Shown here: piece after piece, positions 9,683 through 19,329 of the stretch
Position numbering within the stretch: the stretch's first letter is position 1
Layout of the letters: each line of letters starts with the position of its first letter
Source of the DNA: Candidatus Bathyarchaeota archaeon
GTDB lineage: Archaea; Thermoproteota; Bathyarchaeia; Bathyarchaeales; Bathycorpusculaceae
Reading direction: 5' to 3'
Length of the DNA: 64,000 bases
NCBI GenBank assembly: GCA_963702095.1
Contig: OY969706.1
Location: 2,688,001-2,752,000 of the forward strand
Translations under genes and position numbers: made by a program
Notes under the pieces: generated by a model
What the model saw: the letters and a program-made list of their open reading frames with translations, nothing else
Told to the model about the DNA's origin: nothing
The model's database searches: none

Positions 9683-11018
9683 ATGACAGCCTCAATATCC
9701 ACAATTTTACACGTTACTCCCCAAGAGGTTGATACCAGCGAGAAACGCTCAAAATACACTGTGGCGGTTGTCGGCTGCGGGCATAAAGGGATTTTTTTTG
9801 CAAACGCTTTCGCAGACGCCGGTTTTAGGGTAGTTTGCACAGATGCAGATGCAAGTGTGGTAAAGAAGGTGGCGAAGGGAAAAACTGTGTTTGCCATGCC
9901 TCAAGCTGAAGCTAAACTTAAAAGCCACCTAAACACTGACAGAATAGTTGTTGTGGGTGAACTCAAAAAAGCAGTTGCCCCAAGCGACGTCGTAGTTTTA
10001 GCCATTACTGCGAAGGTTGATGAACAGAAAAAAAACGACGACAACGGCTTAGGCGGCACCTGCAAACAGATCGGGGCAGCTCTGAGGCAGGGTGCACTGG
10101 TTATTTACGGCGGCATATCGGGTTTTGGCTTCACCGAGGGAACCCTCAAAGAATTGCTGGAAAACACCTCCGGGTTTAAAGTAGGTCAAGATTACGGTTT
10201 AGCATACAACCCACTGCTAAGCACTGATAAATCGATGGAGAGTTTAGAGTTAACTGTCGCCGCAGACGACCAAACAAGCCTACAAGCCGCATCCACCATA
10301 CTAAAAACCCTAGCAAACCATGTCAAAGAAGTAATGGACATAAAAACTGTTGAAGCAGCAACCCTATTTGACATAGCAAAACAAGACGCAGAAACAGCCT
10401 TGACCAATGAGTTGGCGGTTTTCTGTGAGGCAGCAGGCTTAGATTACTTCAAAGTCCTCGACGTTCTCAACATCAACGCATCGGACTTTAGACCAAGCGT
10501 TGTCGAGCAAGCAAACGCAGACGAAGCTTACTTTTTGCTTGAAAGCGCCGAAAACTTGAATGCAAAGCTGAGGCTGCCTACGTTGGCTAGGCAAATCAAT
10601 GAGGACATGACTAAGCATGCGGTGAACTTGATGGCGGATGCGTTGAAGAGCTGTAACAAGACGCTTAGGCGTGGTAGAATTGCGCTTTTGGGTCCAGCCA
10701 CCCCCGCTGCAGGCGGCTTGGTTCGGTTGCTCGAGCAGAAGGGTGCCAAAGTAGTCCTCTGCGACCCAGCTGCAAAAAAGGAAGCCCTAGAAGGGGTCAC
10801 AGTAAGAGGCCAGCCTCAACGAATCTGTGGAGGGTACCGACTGCATTGTGGTTCTGTCACCTCAGCTGCCATTTAACAATTTTAACCTCAAAAAACTTAG
10901 AGCTCTAATGAAGGCTCCTGCTGTACTGGTGGATTTGGCAGGTGCATTTGAGCCAAAAACAGTCCGTACAGAAGGATTCTTATACTTTGGGCTGGGAAGA
11001 GGAAATGATGAGAAATGA
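9683..11018 (+). CDS. degenerate UDP-glucose/GDP-mannose dehydrogenase family protein, apparent frameshift near 10810
   Basis: Three-domain layout is recognisable (Rossmann, GFKVGQDYGLAY, NELAVFCE, ARQINEDM, C-terminal GLGRG) but catalytic motifs are eroded. Confidence 0.75.
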
Positions 11019-11965
11019 CTAAACTAGGCGTAGCGGTAATTGGAACGGGTCAGTGGGGCAAAAACCACGCAAGAGTCTACAAAGAACTCCCCTCAACTGA
11101 GCTTGTTGCGGTGTGCGACGTTAACGCTGAACGCGCCAAAGCGATGGCTGACCAATACGGAGTCAAAGACTACACTGACAGCCTAGAGATGCTAAAAGAC
11201 AAAGACATCCAAGCAGTCAACGTCTGCACATGGTCCACGATCCTATATCAGGAAGCCATGAAAGTGCTCAACGCAGGCAGACACGCCCTAGTAGAAAAAC
11301 CCATGTCTACAACCCCAGAGCAGGCACGTCAACTAGTAAAAACCGCCCAAGAAAATGGACTACACTTAACTGTGGGGTTCTTGATGCGCTTTATCCCAGG
11401 ACTCCAACTAATACGTCAATCAGTAGAGAACAAAAAAATCGGCGAGTTAGTCAGCATCACTGCCAAACGTGTTTCTCAGTGGCCTGAACGCATTGGCGAT
11501 GTTGGAGTTGTAAAAGACACGGCTATACATGACATAGATGTGATGAGATTTATTTCCAAACAAGACCCAGTTTCAGTCTACGCTAAAATGGGTAGCAAAC
11601 GTATCCAGAAATTCGAGGACTATGCCCAAATTATGCTAACGTATTATAATGGCGAGACAGCATTCATTGAATCCAACTGGCTGACACCGTATAAGACACG
11701 TACCCTCATCGCTACAGGAACCGAAGCCATCATGCGCCTAGACTACAACACACAGGACTTCTGGATAGAAGAGAAAACTCAAACTGTCCAGCCACGCCTC
11801 CCCTTCCAAGAACCCCTAAAAGCAGAGCTTCAGCACTTCGTAGATTGCATCACCAAAAAAGAGAAACCCATTGTGACAGGCGAAGACGGCGTCAAAGCCT
11901 TAGAAGTAGCTACTGCTGCCATACAGTCAAGCGCCAAAAACACTTCGATACAGCTAAAAAATTAA
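11015..11965 (+). CDS. Gfo/Idh/MocA oxidoreductase (UDP-GlcNAc 3-dehydrogenase-like)
   Basis: GTGQWGKNHAR, EKP, DTAIHDID motifs. Confidence 0.88.
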   Translation: MTKLGVAVIGTGQWGKNHARVYKELPSTELVAVCDVNAERAKAMADQYGVKDYTDSLEMLKDKDIQAVNVCTWSTILYQEAMKVLNAGRHALVEKPMSTTPEQARQLVKTAQENGLHLTVGFLMRFIPGLQLIRQSVENKKIGELVSITAKRVSQWPERIGDVGVVKDTAIHDIDVMRFISKQDPVSVYAKMGSKRIQKFEDYAQIMLTYYNGETAFIESNWLTPYKTRTLIATGTEAIMRLDYNTQDFWIEEKTQTVQPRLPFQEPLKAELQHFVDCITKKEKPIVTGEDGVKALEVATAAIQSSAKNTSIQLKN

Positions 11966-11968
11966 AGA

Positions 11969-12238
11969 TTATTTTAGGTTGAAGGGCTTGCCTTCAGAAA
12001 CAGTTTTCTGAGGAGCTTTTTCCTTCCATTTCTTTAGAAAGGGCAAGTCATCTGCTTCTTTTCGGAGTTCATCGGGCAGCATTTCGGGGATTTCGTCTCG
12101 GATGGGGTACCAGCGGTTGCATTTGGGGCAAACGATTAAGCCCTCTACAATTTCGTTTTTTTCCTCGAAAACATGCAGTTCAAGAGGGTGGTACTTGTCG
12201 ATGGGGCAAGCGAGGATTTCCATGAGTTTACGTTTCAT
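11969..12238 (-). CDS. trm112: Trm112 family methyltransferase activator
   Basis: LMEILACPID...EGLIVCPKCNRWYPIRDEIPEMLP; ATG at 12238. Confidence 0.88.
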   Translation of the reverse strand: MKRKLMEILACPIDKYHPLELHVFEEKNEIVEGLIVCPKCNRWYPIRDEIPEMLPDELRKEADDLPFLKKWKEKAPQKTVSEGKPFNLK

Positions 12239-12275
12239 TCGGATTCCACAGAAATAATAGGTAGCGCTTTGGCTA

Positions 12276-13139
12276 TTAAAACTTGTCAGGAGAAGCGGCG
12301 ACTTGTATGTCGAGCACTGTTTGGTACCAGTTTGGACCCGTAGGCCGCATAACCCTTGAAGAGGCAAACATGTAGTGAACGCCTAAACTGTCAAGTTTAG
12401 CGGCGACTTTCTGCTCCGTCTTCTCTCGGGGGTCCTCTTTACCGGGGGCATGTTCAAAGTCGTAGTAATGTATCCATCCGCCTGTTTTTTTGAGCGCAGA
12501 CAACGCCGTGGGCAGATATTGGAGGGCTTTCTCTGGCAGCGGCATCAACACGCGGTCAGCGATGCCCCGAAGCCGTGTTTCCACGATTTCTTTGGAGTCA
12601 CCTAATATGGGAACTACTCTGCCGTAGACGCGGTTAAGCCGTACATTTTCAACCATAAATTGGTATGCGACGGGGTTAATGTCAATGGAGTAAACCTTGG
12701 TTTGAGGCGTGGTCTTGGCGATGATTATGCTAAAGCAGCCGATGCCGGCAAACATGTTCACCACTACTTCTCCGGGCGAAACCTGTGTGGCGATGCGGAG
12801 GTGCTCGTGACTGAGCCTTGGAGAAAAATAGCATTTTTCCACATCCACCGAGAAGACGCAGCCGGCTTCCTTATGCTTGGTTTCGGCTATGTTTTGGCCT
12901 GCCAGCAGGGTTAGTTGTCGGGTGCGGTGGCTGCCTTTGACTGGGCTGGTTTGGGAGTAGACGGCTCTGATTTTTTTGTGGGTTGCCATGATCTGGTTTG
13001 CCACGGTTTGGGCGTCGGCTGGGTTGTCGGGGGCTTTTATGATGGCTATGTCGCCGACTAAGTCGAAGGAACTGTAAACTTTCTCTAAGCCATCTTTTGA
13101 GAGTTGGTTTGAGAGTTTCTTTTTGAGTCGTACTCTCAA
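12276..13139 (-). CDS. Trm5/Taw2 family tRNA methyl- or aminocarboxypropyl-transferase
   Basis: VGDIAI, YFSPRLSHE, MFAGIGCF, DINPVA, ADRVLMPLP. Confidence 0.88.
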   Translation of the reverse strand: MRVRLKKKLSNQLSKDGLEKVYSSFDLVGDIAIIKAPDNPADAQTVANQIMATHKKIRAVYSQTSPVKGSHRTRQLTLLAGQNIAETKHKEAGCVFSVDVEKCYFSPRLSHEHLRIATQVSPGEVVVNMFAGIGCFSIIIAKTTPQTKVYSIDINPVAYQFMVENVRLNRVYGRVVPILGDSKEIVETRLRGIADRVLMPLPEKALQYLPTALSALKKTGGWIHYYDFEHAPGKEDPREKTEQKVAAKLDSLGVHYMFASSRVMRPTGPNWYQTVLDIQVAASPDKF

Positions 13140-13217
13140 CTGTATATCCTCATTGTTGTAAGATATTGGAAATGTTTAAAAGTAAAATGCTTTTCTTTGT
13201 AGGGCAGGCGTTTCCAA

Positions 13218-13379
13218 ATGGAAAAATCAGGAATTGTTTATGAATGCATGAGATGCGGTTCACGTGTGCCCTCTGAAGAGTTAGAGCTCCGAGGCGGAGA
13301 AACCAAATGCATCATCTGCGGCTACCGCATCCTCAAAAAAGTTAAGCCGCCAGTAGTTAAACGGGTACAGGCGAAATAA
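13218..13379 (+). CDS. rpo12: DNA-directed RNA polymerase subunit Rpo12 (RpoP); not in ORF track
   Basis: 53 aa MEKSGIVYECMRCG...KCIICGYRILKKVKPPVVKRVQAK. Confidence 0.92.
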   Translation: MEKSGIVYECMRCGSRVPSEELELRGGETKCIICGYRILKKVKPPVVKRVQAK

Positions 13380-13390
13380 GAATGGGAATA

Positions 13391-13433
13391 CTCGTGCCTT
13401 GCACGAGCACTATTTTGTTTTTATTTATTTTTT
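13391..13433 (+). terminator. hairpin plus T-tract between convergent genes
   Basis: CTCGTGC-CTT-GCACGAG followed by tattttgtttttatttatttttt. Confidence 0.55.
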
Positions 13434-13731
13434 AATAGTAGTCTTGGTCTCCAAGTTTACGCAGAGCTTTACCTTTCAGTTTAACGGCTGATTGGTCTTC
13501 TTCGTAGAATTCGTCGTCGAAGTCCTTTTCCACGGTTTTCCGCTTAACGGTTTCACCGCAGATTGCGCCGGGCAACATACGCCTCTTAAAACACATGGCG
13601 TACATGCATTTAGCGACGCTGCAAGGTTCTTCTCCGTCTCTGCACCAAACTGAATCTCGCCTAAAGATAGCGGCATTTTTACCGCATTTGAAGCTTTGAC
13701 ATGTCGGAGAACAAGCTTTTGTTTGAGCCAA
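13432..13731 (-). CDS. Cys-rich hypothetical protein
   Basis: 99 aa with eight Cys and an acidic/basic tail; TTG start with GGGGTG upstream and a TTTATA box. Confidence 0.65.
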   Translation of the reverse strand: MAQTKACSPTCQSFKCGKNAAIFRRDSVWCRDGEEPCSVAKCMYAMCFKRRMLPGAICGETVKRKTVEKDFDDEFYEEDQSAVKLKGKALRKLGDQDYY

Positions 13732-13840
13732 CAGATTACACCCCAGTGTTAATCAAAATCTTTGTTGTTTGTGTGTACTTCCTGTTTTTCTCTATGTTCG
13801 TTGAAAGCCATATAAACTTTGTTCTTTTCAAGGGTGAATT

Positions 13841-15907
13841 CTAAGTCGTGTTTTCAACTGCACTTTTAGCTCTTCTTCGCAGGAAAACCTCGACCAATGC
13901 AAAGAGGATGATCCCAACAAGCACTACTATGATTGTTATGAGGGCACTTGCTGAGAGCAGCATTCCTCCAAGTGAAATGTATTTGTCGATTTTCACTTCA
14001 ACAGTAGCGGGTTGGTTAACGCTGAAAGTCATTGATTGCGAGGCATCAGGGTTTCCCTGGGCTTGAGCGATTATTTGCATGTTTCCACCGATGATGTTGT
14101 TGAAGGTTGCTACTCCGTTGCCCCCCGTGGTAGCTGAAGTCGATGCGGGTCCATTGAGGGTAACCTTGACGTTGGGTATGGGCGAGCCAAACAGGTCCAC
14201 AACTGATACGGTTAATTGGATGCCGTAGAGGGTGCATTGAATCTGTTTTTGGGTATCAACGAAAACCTCGACGTTGGTTTCGTTGATCAATGCGTTTCCC
14301 TCGTAAACTCGAATGCGGTAAACACCAAACGTTACATGCGTCGATACAGTGCCTGAGTTGTCTGTTGTTGAAGAATAGAAAAGTCCGTTTGTGAGCTCCA
14401 CTAGCTCAACTCGTGCATCGGGGATTGCTTCATGATTGTACCCAGTGATGCCTAGTGTCAGGTTTTCGCTTGGGCAAATAATTGTGACTTGCGGGTGGGC
14501 AACGTTTGGAAGGTTGCTAAAGGTGTTGTTGTAGGAGTTGAAGATTTGACCATGGACCGACGCATCTACCCTGTAGGTGGCGCCTGCTAGGGTTGAAGCT
14601 AAAATGTAGGTGCCTGAGGCATCTGTTTGCCCAGACGAGTTGCCGTTTTTGGATACGCTACCGCTTTGCAGATTAAATTTTATGCTTAAGTCGACAAAGG
14701 GTATGCCTACGCCGTCGGCGTTTTTGACGGCGATTGCTGTGTCGGTTAATTGGCAGGTAAGGGTGAAGCTTCCCTCGCCGGTAACAGTTATGTTTGCCGC
14801 CCCCACGACTACACTGTTTACGAGGGCAGTTAAACCATAAGCGCCCTTTTCAAGTTTAAAGGAGGCTAATCCATTTTCGTCTGAAACAGCAGTGGTTGTT
14901 GTACCGCTTGAGTCTTCTGAGGCTTGCACAGTAACGTCTGGGACAGCTTGACCTGACAGATTGTTCACTTGAACATCCACGGCATATCCCTCAACCGTAA
15001 AAGTTTGCTGATCCTGCACTGCCTTCTGCGTGCCTTCAGGAGTTATTTTTGCGGTGCAATCGCCGATTGGTGCGCTGTCTACAACCACCCATGTTGTGCT
15101 GATTACGCCGTCTGCTGATGCAGTGACTTGTTTGGTGTCGAGGGTTGTGCTGCCGCTGGTGAAGGTTATGGATGCGGCTTGGTTGGCTTGATAGCCTGTC
15201 GCGTGGACTGTTACAGTTTGCCCTCTATGGTAGGAGATAGAGTCTAATATGTCAACGGAAAACTGGCTCTTAGCTAGCGTATCGTTGAATTTCAACGAAT
15301 AAGTGCCAGCGTACTCAGTTGAAGCGCCGGAGGGCGAAAAGCCGCTGCTTGGATAGGTCACTTGTCCGCTTGCTGTTCCCTTTAGGGTAGGAACGCCCAA
15401 GTCAACGATGGCAGCGTAGGTAGTGCCGCTTGGCGAAGTGACTGCTATTTTTGCGGCGTAGTCAAGACCGGGTTGACCACCAGTTACTGCCGCGTTGATT
15501 TTGATGCTGCCTCCTTCCTGCACTGACGATTGGGCTGCAGCTATATTGTAGCCTATTGAAACCGAGAATTGATCGCCAGTTGAGTTAATGTTCTGAGCGA
15601 CATCTCTTAGTTTAAGTGCATATGATCCTGCCGCCGTCTCGGGAACGGTAAAGTTGGCGTTGACATAGTAACTGTCTGATGATCCGCTTGCAACAACGTT
15701 CTTTCCGAAGATAACTTGGTATGAGGAGTTGGCGCTGAGGATGGTGCCTTGAACAGTCACGGTTGACCCAGCGGGTGCGCTTCCAGAAGTAGGGGTTACC
15801 GTGACGATGCTTACAGCCGGGGTACTCTGAGGTGTACCCATGGGGGCTGTAGCCGCGGCAAAAGCCACAATGAAGAGGATGGTGACTGCGGCAATCTTCT
15901 TGTCCAA
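13841..15907 (-). CDS. secreted membrane-anchored protein with Ig/carboxypeptidase-regulatory-like beta-sandwich repeats
   Basis: Signal peptide, Ser/Thr/Gly-rich repeats (G..IP...V....T...G...F), C-terminal TM plus RRRAK. Confidence 0.85.
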   Translation of the reverse strand: MDKKIAAVTILFIVAFAAATAPMGTPQSTPAVSIVTVTPTSGSAPAGSTVTVQGTILSANSSYQVIFGKNVVASGSSDSYYVNANFTVPETAAGSYALKLRDVAQNINSTGDQFSVSIGYNIAAAQSSVQEGGSIKINAAVTGGQPGLDYAAKIAVTSPSGTTYAAIVDLGVPTLKGTASGQVTYPSSGFSPSGASTEYAGTYSLKFNDTLAKSQFSVDILDSISYHRGQTVTVHATGYQANQAASITFTSGSTTLDTKQVTASADGVISTTWVVVDSAPIGDCTAKITPEGTQKAVQDQQTFTVEGYAVDVQVNNLSGQAVPDVTVQASEDSSGTTTTAVSDENGLASFKLEKGAYGLTALVNSVVVGAANITVTGEGSFTLTCQLTDTAIAVKNADGVGIPFVDLSIKFNLQSGSVSKNGNSSGQTDASGTYILASTLAGATYRVDASVHGQIFNSYNNTFSNLPNVAHPQVTIICPSENLTLGITGYNHEAIPDARVELVELTNGLFYSSTTDNSGTVSTHVTFGVYRIRVYEGNALINETNVEVFVDTQKQIQCTLYGIQLTVSVVDLFGSPIPNVKVTLNGPASTSATTGGNGVATFNNIIGGNMQIIAQAQGNPDASQSMTFSVNQPATVEVKIDKYISLGGMLLSASALITIIVVLVGIILFALVEVFLRRRAKSAVENTT

Positions 15908-16119
15908 CGTTTAGGTCTCTCTCCCGAACTAAGTAGCCATAAAGCTCAATACTGATGTTTAGACAAAGAGGGGATTTTAAACCTTTACCTTAATCGTTCA
16001 CCCTGCCGCCCAGCGCATACGCTACAGCTCAGGTGATAATGTGGTGCAGAAAGCTTTTGTGGCATAGGGATTTTAAAGACAGCAGTTTCTTAATCATACA
16101 AAACTTCGGTGCACAACTC

Positions 16120-17082
16120 TTGGAAAAACCAGCCTCAACATCGCTTTTAGCTGCCCTAAAAAAGCAAAAGTACCACCTGATCGGCGCTCATTCAGCGGTG
16201 AAGCGGTGCAAGTGGCTTTATGAATCCATAGTTAACAATAGACCTTGTTATAAACAGAAGTTTTACGGCATCCAAAGCCACCGCTGTATCCAGATGACGC
16301 CGTCGCTTTACTATTGTACGCAGCAGTGCCTGTTCTGTTGGCGAGCCCAAAGCGGCGACATGCAACTCCACTGGGATGAGATGCGTAACCCAAACAAGGA
16401 CACGCCAGAAGAAATCGTGGAAGGCTGCTTTAAGGCACAGGAGCGAATCATCTCAGGCTATAAGGGCAACGAGAAAACCGATTGGCGCAAGTTCCAAGAG
16501 GCAATGCGTCCCAAACAGGTCGCCATAAGCCTCACGGGCGAGCCCACCCTCTATGAGCCGCTGGGCGACTTAATCAGCCTCTTCCACCAGAAGGACTTAA
16601 CCACTTTTTTGGTCACCAACGGCAACCTCCCCCAAAAACTCTCCAAACTAAGCCAAGAACCCAGCCAACTCTACGTTTCGCTCTGTGCTCCAAACGAGGA
16701 AGTCTACAACAAAGTCTGTCGCCCCCAGTTTCCAAAGGCATGGAAAAATCTAAATGAGACGCTGGGGGTGCTGCAGAGTTTCCGCTGCCCCACCGCGATC
16801 CGCATGACTATGGTTAAAGACCACAACATGACCGCGGTCGAGGGCTATGCAGCGTTGGTGGAGAAGGCTCAACCCACCTACATCGAAGCCAAAGCCTACA
16901 TGCATATTGGCTTCTCGAATCTGCGTTTGGGCTTTGACCGCATGCCCATGCACGCTGAGGTCAGGGCGTTTGCTGCTCAGTTGGCTGAGGCGACAGGTTA
17001 CAAAATTATCAATGAGGCGCCTGAAAGCCGCGTGGTATTGTTGAGCAAGCTGGATAAGCCGATTCAAGTCGGCAAAACATAA
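16120..17082 (+). CDS. taw1: 4-demethylwyosine synthase (radical SAM)
   Basis: HSAVKRCKW, CYKQKFYGIQSHRCIQM, CTQQCLFC, ISLTGEPTLY; TTG at 16120 is the likely start. Confidence 0.93.
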   Translation: MEKPASTSLLAALKKQKYHLIGAHSAVKRCKWLYESIVNNRPCYKQKFYGIQSHRCIQMTPSLYYCTQQCLFCWRAQSGDMQLHWDEMRNPNKDTPEEIVEGCFKAQERIISGYKGNEKTDWRKFQEAMRPKQVAISLTGEPTLYEPLGDLISLFHQKDLTTFLVTNGNLPQKLSKLSQEPSQLYVSLCAPNEEVYNKVCRPQFPKAWKNLNETLGVLQSFRCPTAIRMTMVKDHNMTAVEGYAALVEKAQPTYIEAKAYMHIGFSNLRLGFDRMPMHAEVRAFAAQLAEATGYKIINEAPESRVVLLSKLDKPIQVGKT

Positions 17083-17202
17083 GCCTACAGATTAGACAGC
17101 CATTGATGTATTTTCTATCAATCAAAAAGGTGCTTGTTTGGATAAACTTAAATACTTAATTTTAGCCCTAAATAATTTTAATAACTACCAATCAAGCGGT
17201 AT

Positions 17203-17391
17203 ATGTCTATGGTGAGTGAAGGACGAGGAAGGTTATTCCGAAGAAAAGACGGCAAATACCTAGTTTATCTGCCCAAGGACCTAGCAGAGGACAGCATGTT
17301 TCCCTTTAAAGGCTCAGACACCATCTTCGTCAAAGTAAGCTTCGCGTTGGGCGACGGCAAACTCTTAGTCGAGAAATGGGCAGAAGCCTAG
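17203..17391 (+). CDS. small AbrB-like beta-rich hypothetical protein
   Basis: 62 aa, KYLVYLPKDLAEDSMFPFK; strong TTTATAA box upstream. Confidence 0.6.
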   Translation: MSMVSEGRGRLFRRKDGKYLVYLPKDLAEDSMFPFKGSDTIFVKVSFALGDGKLLVEKWAEA

Positions 17392-17444
17392 TTTTCTAAG
17401 TAACCGAAATAAGCCCCCTCAACAATTCTATTTGTGGTGCCGTT

Positions 17445-18107
17445 TTGTCATCCCTAGAAAACGTTATCCAACAAGTCAAAAACGACCTCATGGCTAAAAA
17501 CAAAATCCGAGAAGACACCCATGAAAGCATGCGCAAAGCCACAAGCCTCTCCAAACAATCGATTCTGCTGCTCCATCAAAACCGCTTTGACGACGCAGAA
17601 AAAATGTTAGCCGAAGCTAAAGAAAGAATCTCCAAACTCCAAAAGCTCGCTGAAAAATGCCCTGAAATCGTCTACGGAGGCATGTTTAGCGCTGCTTTGC
17701 AGGAGTACTCTGAAGCCAACATACTACTGGTCTTAGTTAAGGAAAACCGCTTCGTTACCCCAGCCGAAATAGCTGTGCCCTCGGTAGATTACGTTCTTGG
17801 ATTGGCGGATGTCATCGGCGAGTACAGGCGACTGGCGCTGGATTACCTGCGTGAGGGCGAAGTGGAGAAAGGTGTGGAGTGCCTTGAAGTTATGGATCAA
17901 ATCTTCATCCAGCTCTTGGCATTAGACGAAGCTTACATGTTGGTTCCTGGGCTACGGCATAAATCCGACATTGCCCGCCGCATCATCGAAACAACCCGCG
18001 GAGACATCACCGTTGAAGTGCGGCGCAAATCACTGGAGGATTACCTCAAAAAGTATCAGCCTCCTAAACCCAGAAGCACCCGTAAAACTGCGAAGGGTAA
18101 AGAGTGA
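17445..18107 (+). CDS. translin/TRAX family protein
   Basis: RE..I..S, ALQEYSEA, YVLGLADVIGEYRR, LRHKSD motifs. Confidence 0.88.
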   Translation: MSSLENVIQQVKNDLMAKNKIREDTHESMRKATSLSKQSILLLHQNRFDDAEKMLAEAKERISKLQKLAEKCPEIVYGGMFSAALQEYSEANILLVLVKENRFVTPAEIAVPSVDYVLGLADVIGEYRRLALDYLREGEVEKGVECLEVMDQIFIQLLALDEAYMLVPGLRHKSDIARRIIETTRGDITVEVRRKSLEDYLKKYQPPKPRSTRKTAKGKE

Positions 18108-18108
18108 T

Positions 18109-18771
18109 TTGCCCAAGCTTTCAGCGAATTTTTCAGTAAAAAAAGCCCACGACACCCAACTGCGCCTATCCAAACTGGTTATCCGCCAAGACAGGCTGCC
18201 TAAAGAAATCCGTTCGGTGGGCGGGGTGGATGTTTCTTACGTGGACGACGTGGGTGTGGGGTCAGTTACGGTGATCGATTATGGTTCACTTGAGCTTTTG
18301 GAGTCGACGGTTGCAACTTGCCCCGTTAAGATGCCGTATGTGCCCACGTTGCTGTCGTTTCGGGAGATTCCGCCGGCGATAGCGGCGATTAAGCGACTAA
18401 TACGGCAGCCTGATGTTTTCCTCGTAGACGCTCAGGGTTGGGCGCATCCTTACCGATGTGGCTTCGCCAGCCATTTGGGCTTAGCCATCAAGAAACCCAC
18501 TGTTGGAGCGGCAAAGAGTAGACTCATCGGCAAACCCACCGAAGCAGACGGCAAAACACTGCTAATGGATAAGGAGGAAGCCATCGGCGAAGTAGTCACC
18601 ACCAAACAGGGTTGCAAACCCGTCTACGTCAGCGTGGGCCACATGGTTTCGCTGGAAACAGCCGTGGAAATCGTGCGGCACTGCTCCAAAAGCCGCATCC
18701 CCGAGCCGCTCCGTTTAGCGCATAACTTGGCCACCAAAACACGCCTTGAACTCGCGGGGAAGGCAAAGTAA
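18109..18771 (+). CDS. nfi: endonuclease V
   Basis: GGVDVSY, PYVPTLLSFRE, LVDAQGWAHP, KPVYVSVGH, RIPEPLRLAH. Confidence 0.93.
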   Translation: MPKLSANFSVKKAHDTQLRLSKLVIRQDRLPKEIRSVGGVDVSYVDDVGVGSVTVIDYGSLELLESTVATCPVKMPYVPTLLSFREIPPAIAAIKRLIRQPDVFLVDAQGWAHPYRCGFASHLGLAIKKPTVGAAKSRLIGKPTEADGKTLLMDKEEAIGEVVTTKQGCKPVYVSVGHMVSLETAVEIVRHCSKSRIPEPLRLAHNLATKTRLELAGKAK

Positions 18772-18813
18772 ATATCCCAAAAAACACTAATTAGCGCTTA
18801 GGCGTGATATGGC

Positions 18814-19164
18814 ATGGCAGAAGAAGTTAAGCAAACCGAAGAAATTACCTTTGACTACTTCGAAAAAATCGATTTGCGAGTCGGCAAAATCATCGAGGCA
18901 TCTGTGGTTCCTGAAAGCAAAAAACTTCTCAGAATCCAAGTGGACTTCGGCACCGAACAACGCCAATGCATTGCAGGGCTATTGAAATACTACAAGCCTG
19001 AAGAGTTGATTGGTAAAAAATGCGTATTTTTGCTTAACTTGCAGCGGCGTATGCTGGCGGGGCTTGAGTCTCAGGCTATGATACTAGCCGCTGAAGACGC
19101 AGCAGGCAACGTAACGGTTCTGCAGCCTGAGAAGGATATTGCTGAAGGCAGCAAAATAGGCTAA
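18814..19164 (+). CDS. OB-fold tRNA-binding protein (MetRS C-terminal/Trbp111-like)
   Basis: DLRVGKI, KLL..VDFG, NL..R..GLESQAMILAA. Confidence 0.9.
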   Translation: MAEEVKQTEEITFDYFEKIDLRVGKIIEASVVPESKKLLRIQVDFGTEQRQCIAGLLKYYKPEELIGKKCVFLLNLQRRMLAGLESQAMILAAEDAAGNVTVLQPEKDIAEGSKIG

Positions 19165-19165
19165 A

Positions 19166-19321
19166 ATGAACAAAACAAACTTTTTTCGAGAGGGCTCTAA
19201 AGTGCCCAAAAAAGAAGTGGAAGAGTTAAAAGAAGAAATAAACAGGCTAAAGCCGATACTTGAGAAAACAAGCATTGATGACGTAGTGAAGAACATAAAG
19301 GAAGACAGGGACAGCCGATGA
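19166..19321 (+). CDS. orphan VapB-like antitoxin fragment (51 aa; not in ORF track)
   Basis: ...INRLKPILEKTSIDDVVKNIKEDRDSR ending in an ATGA overlap typical of vapB-vapC junctions, but no vapC follows. Confidence 0.45.
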   Translation: MNKTNFFREGSKVPKKEVEELKEEINRLKPILEKTSIDDVVKNIKEDRDSR

Positions 19322-19329
19322 CAGCCCTG

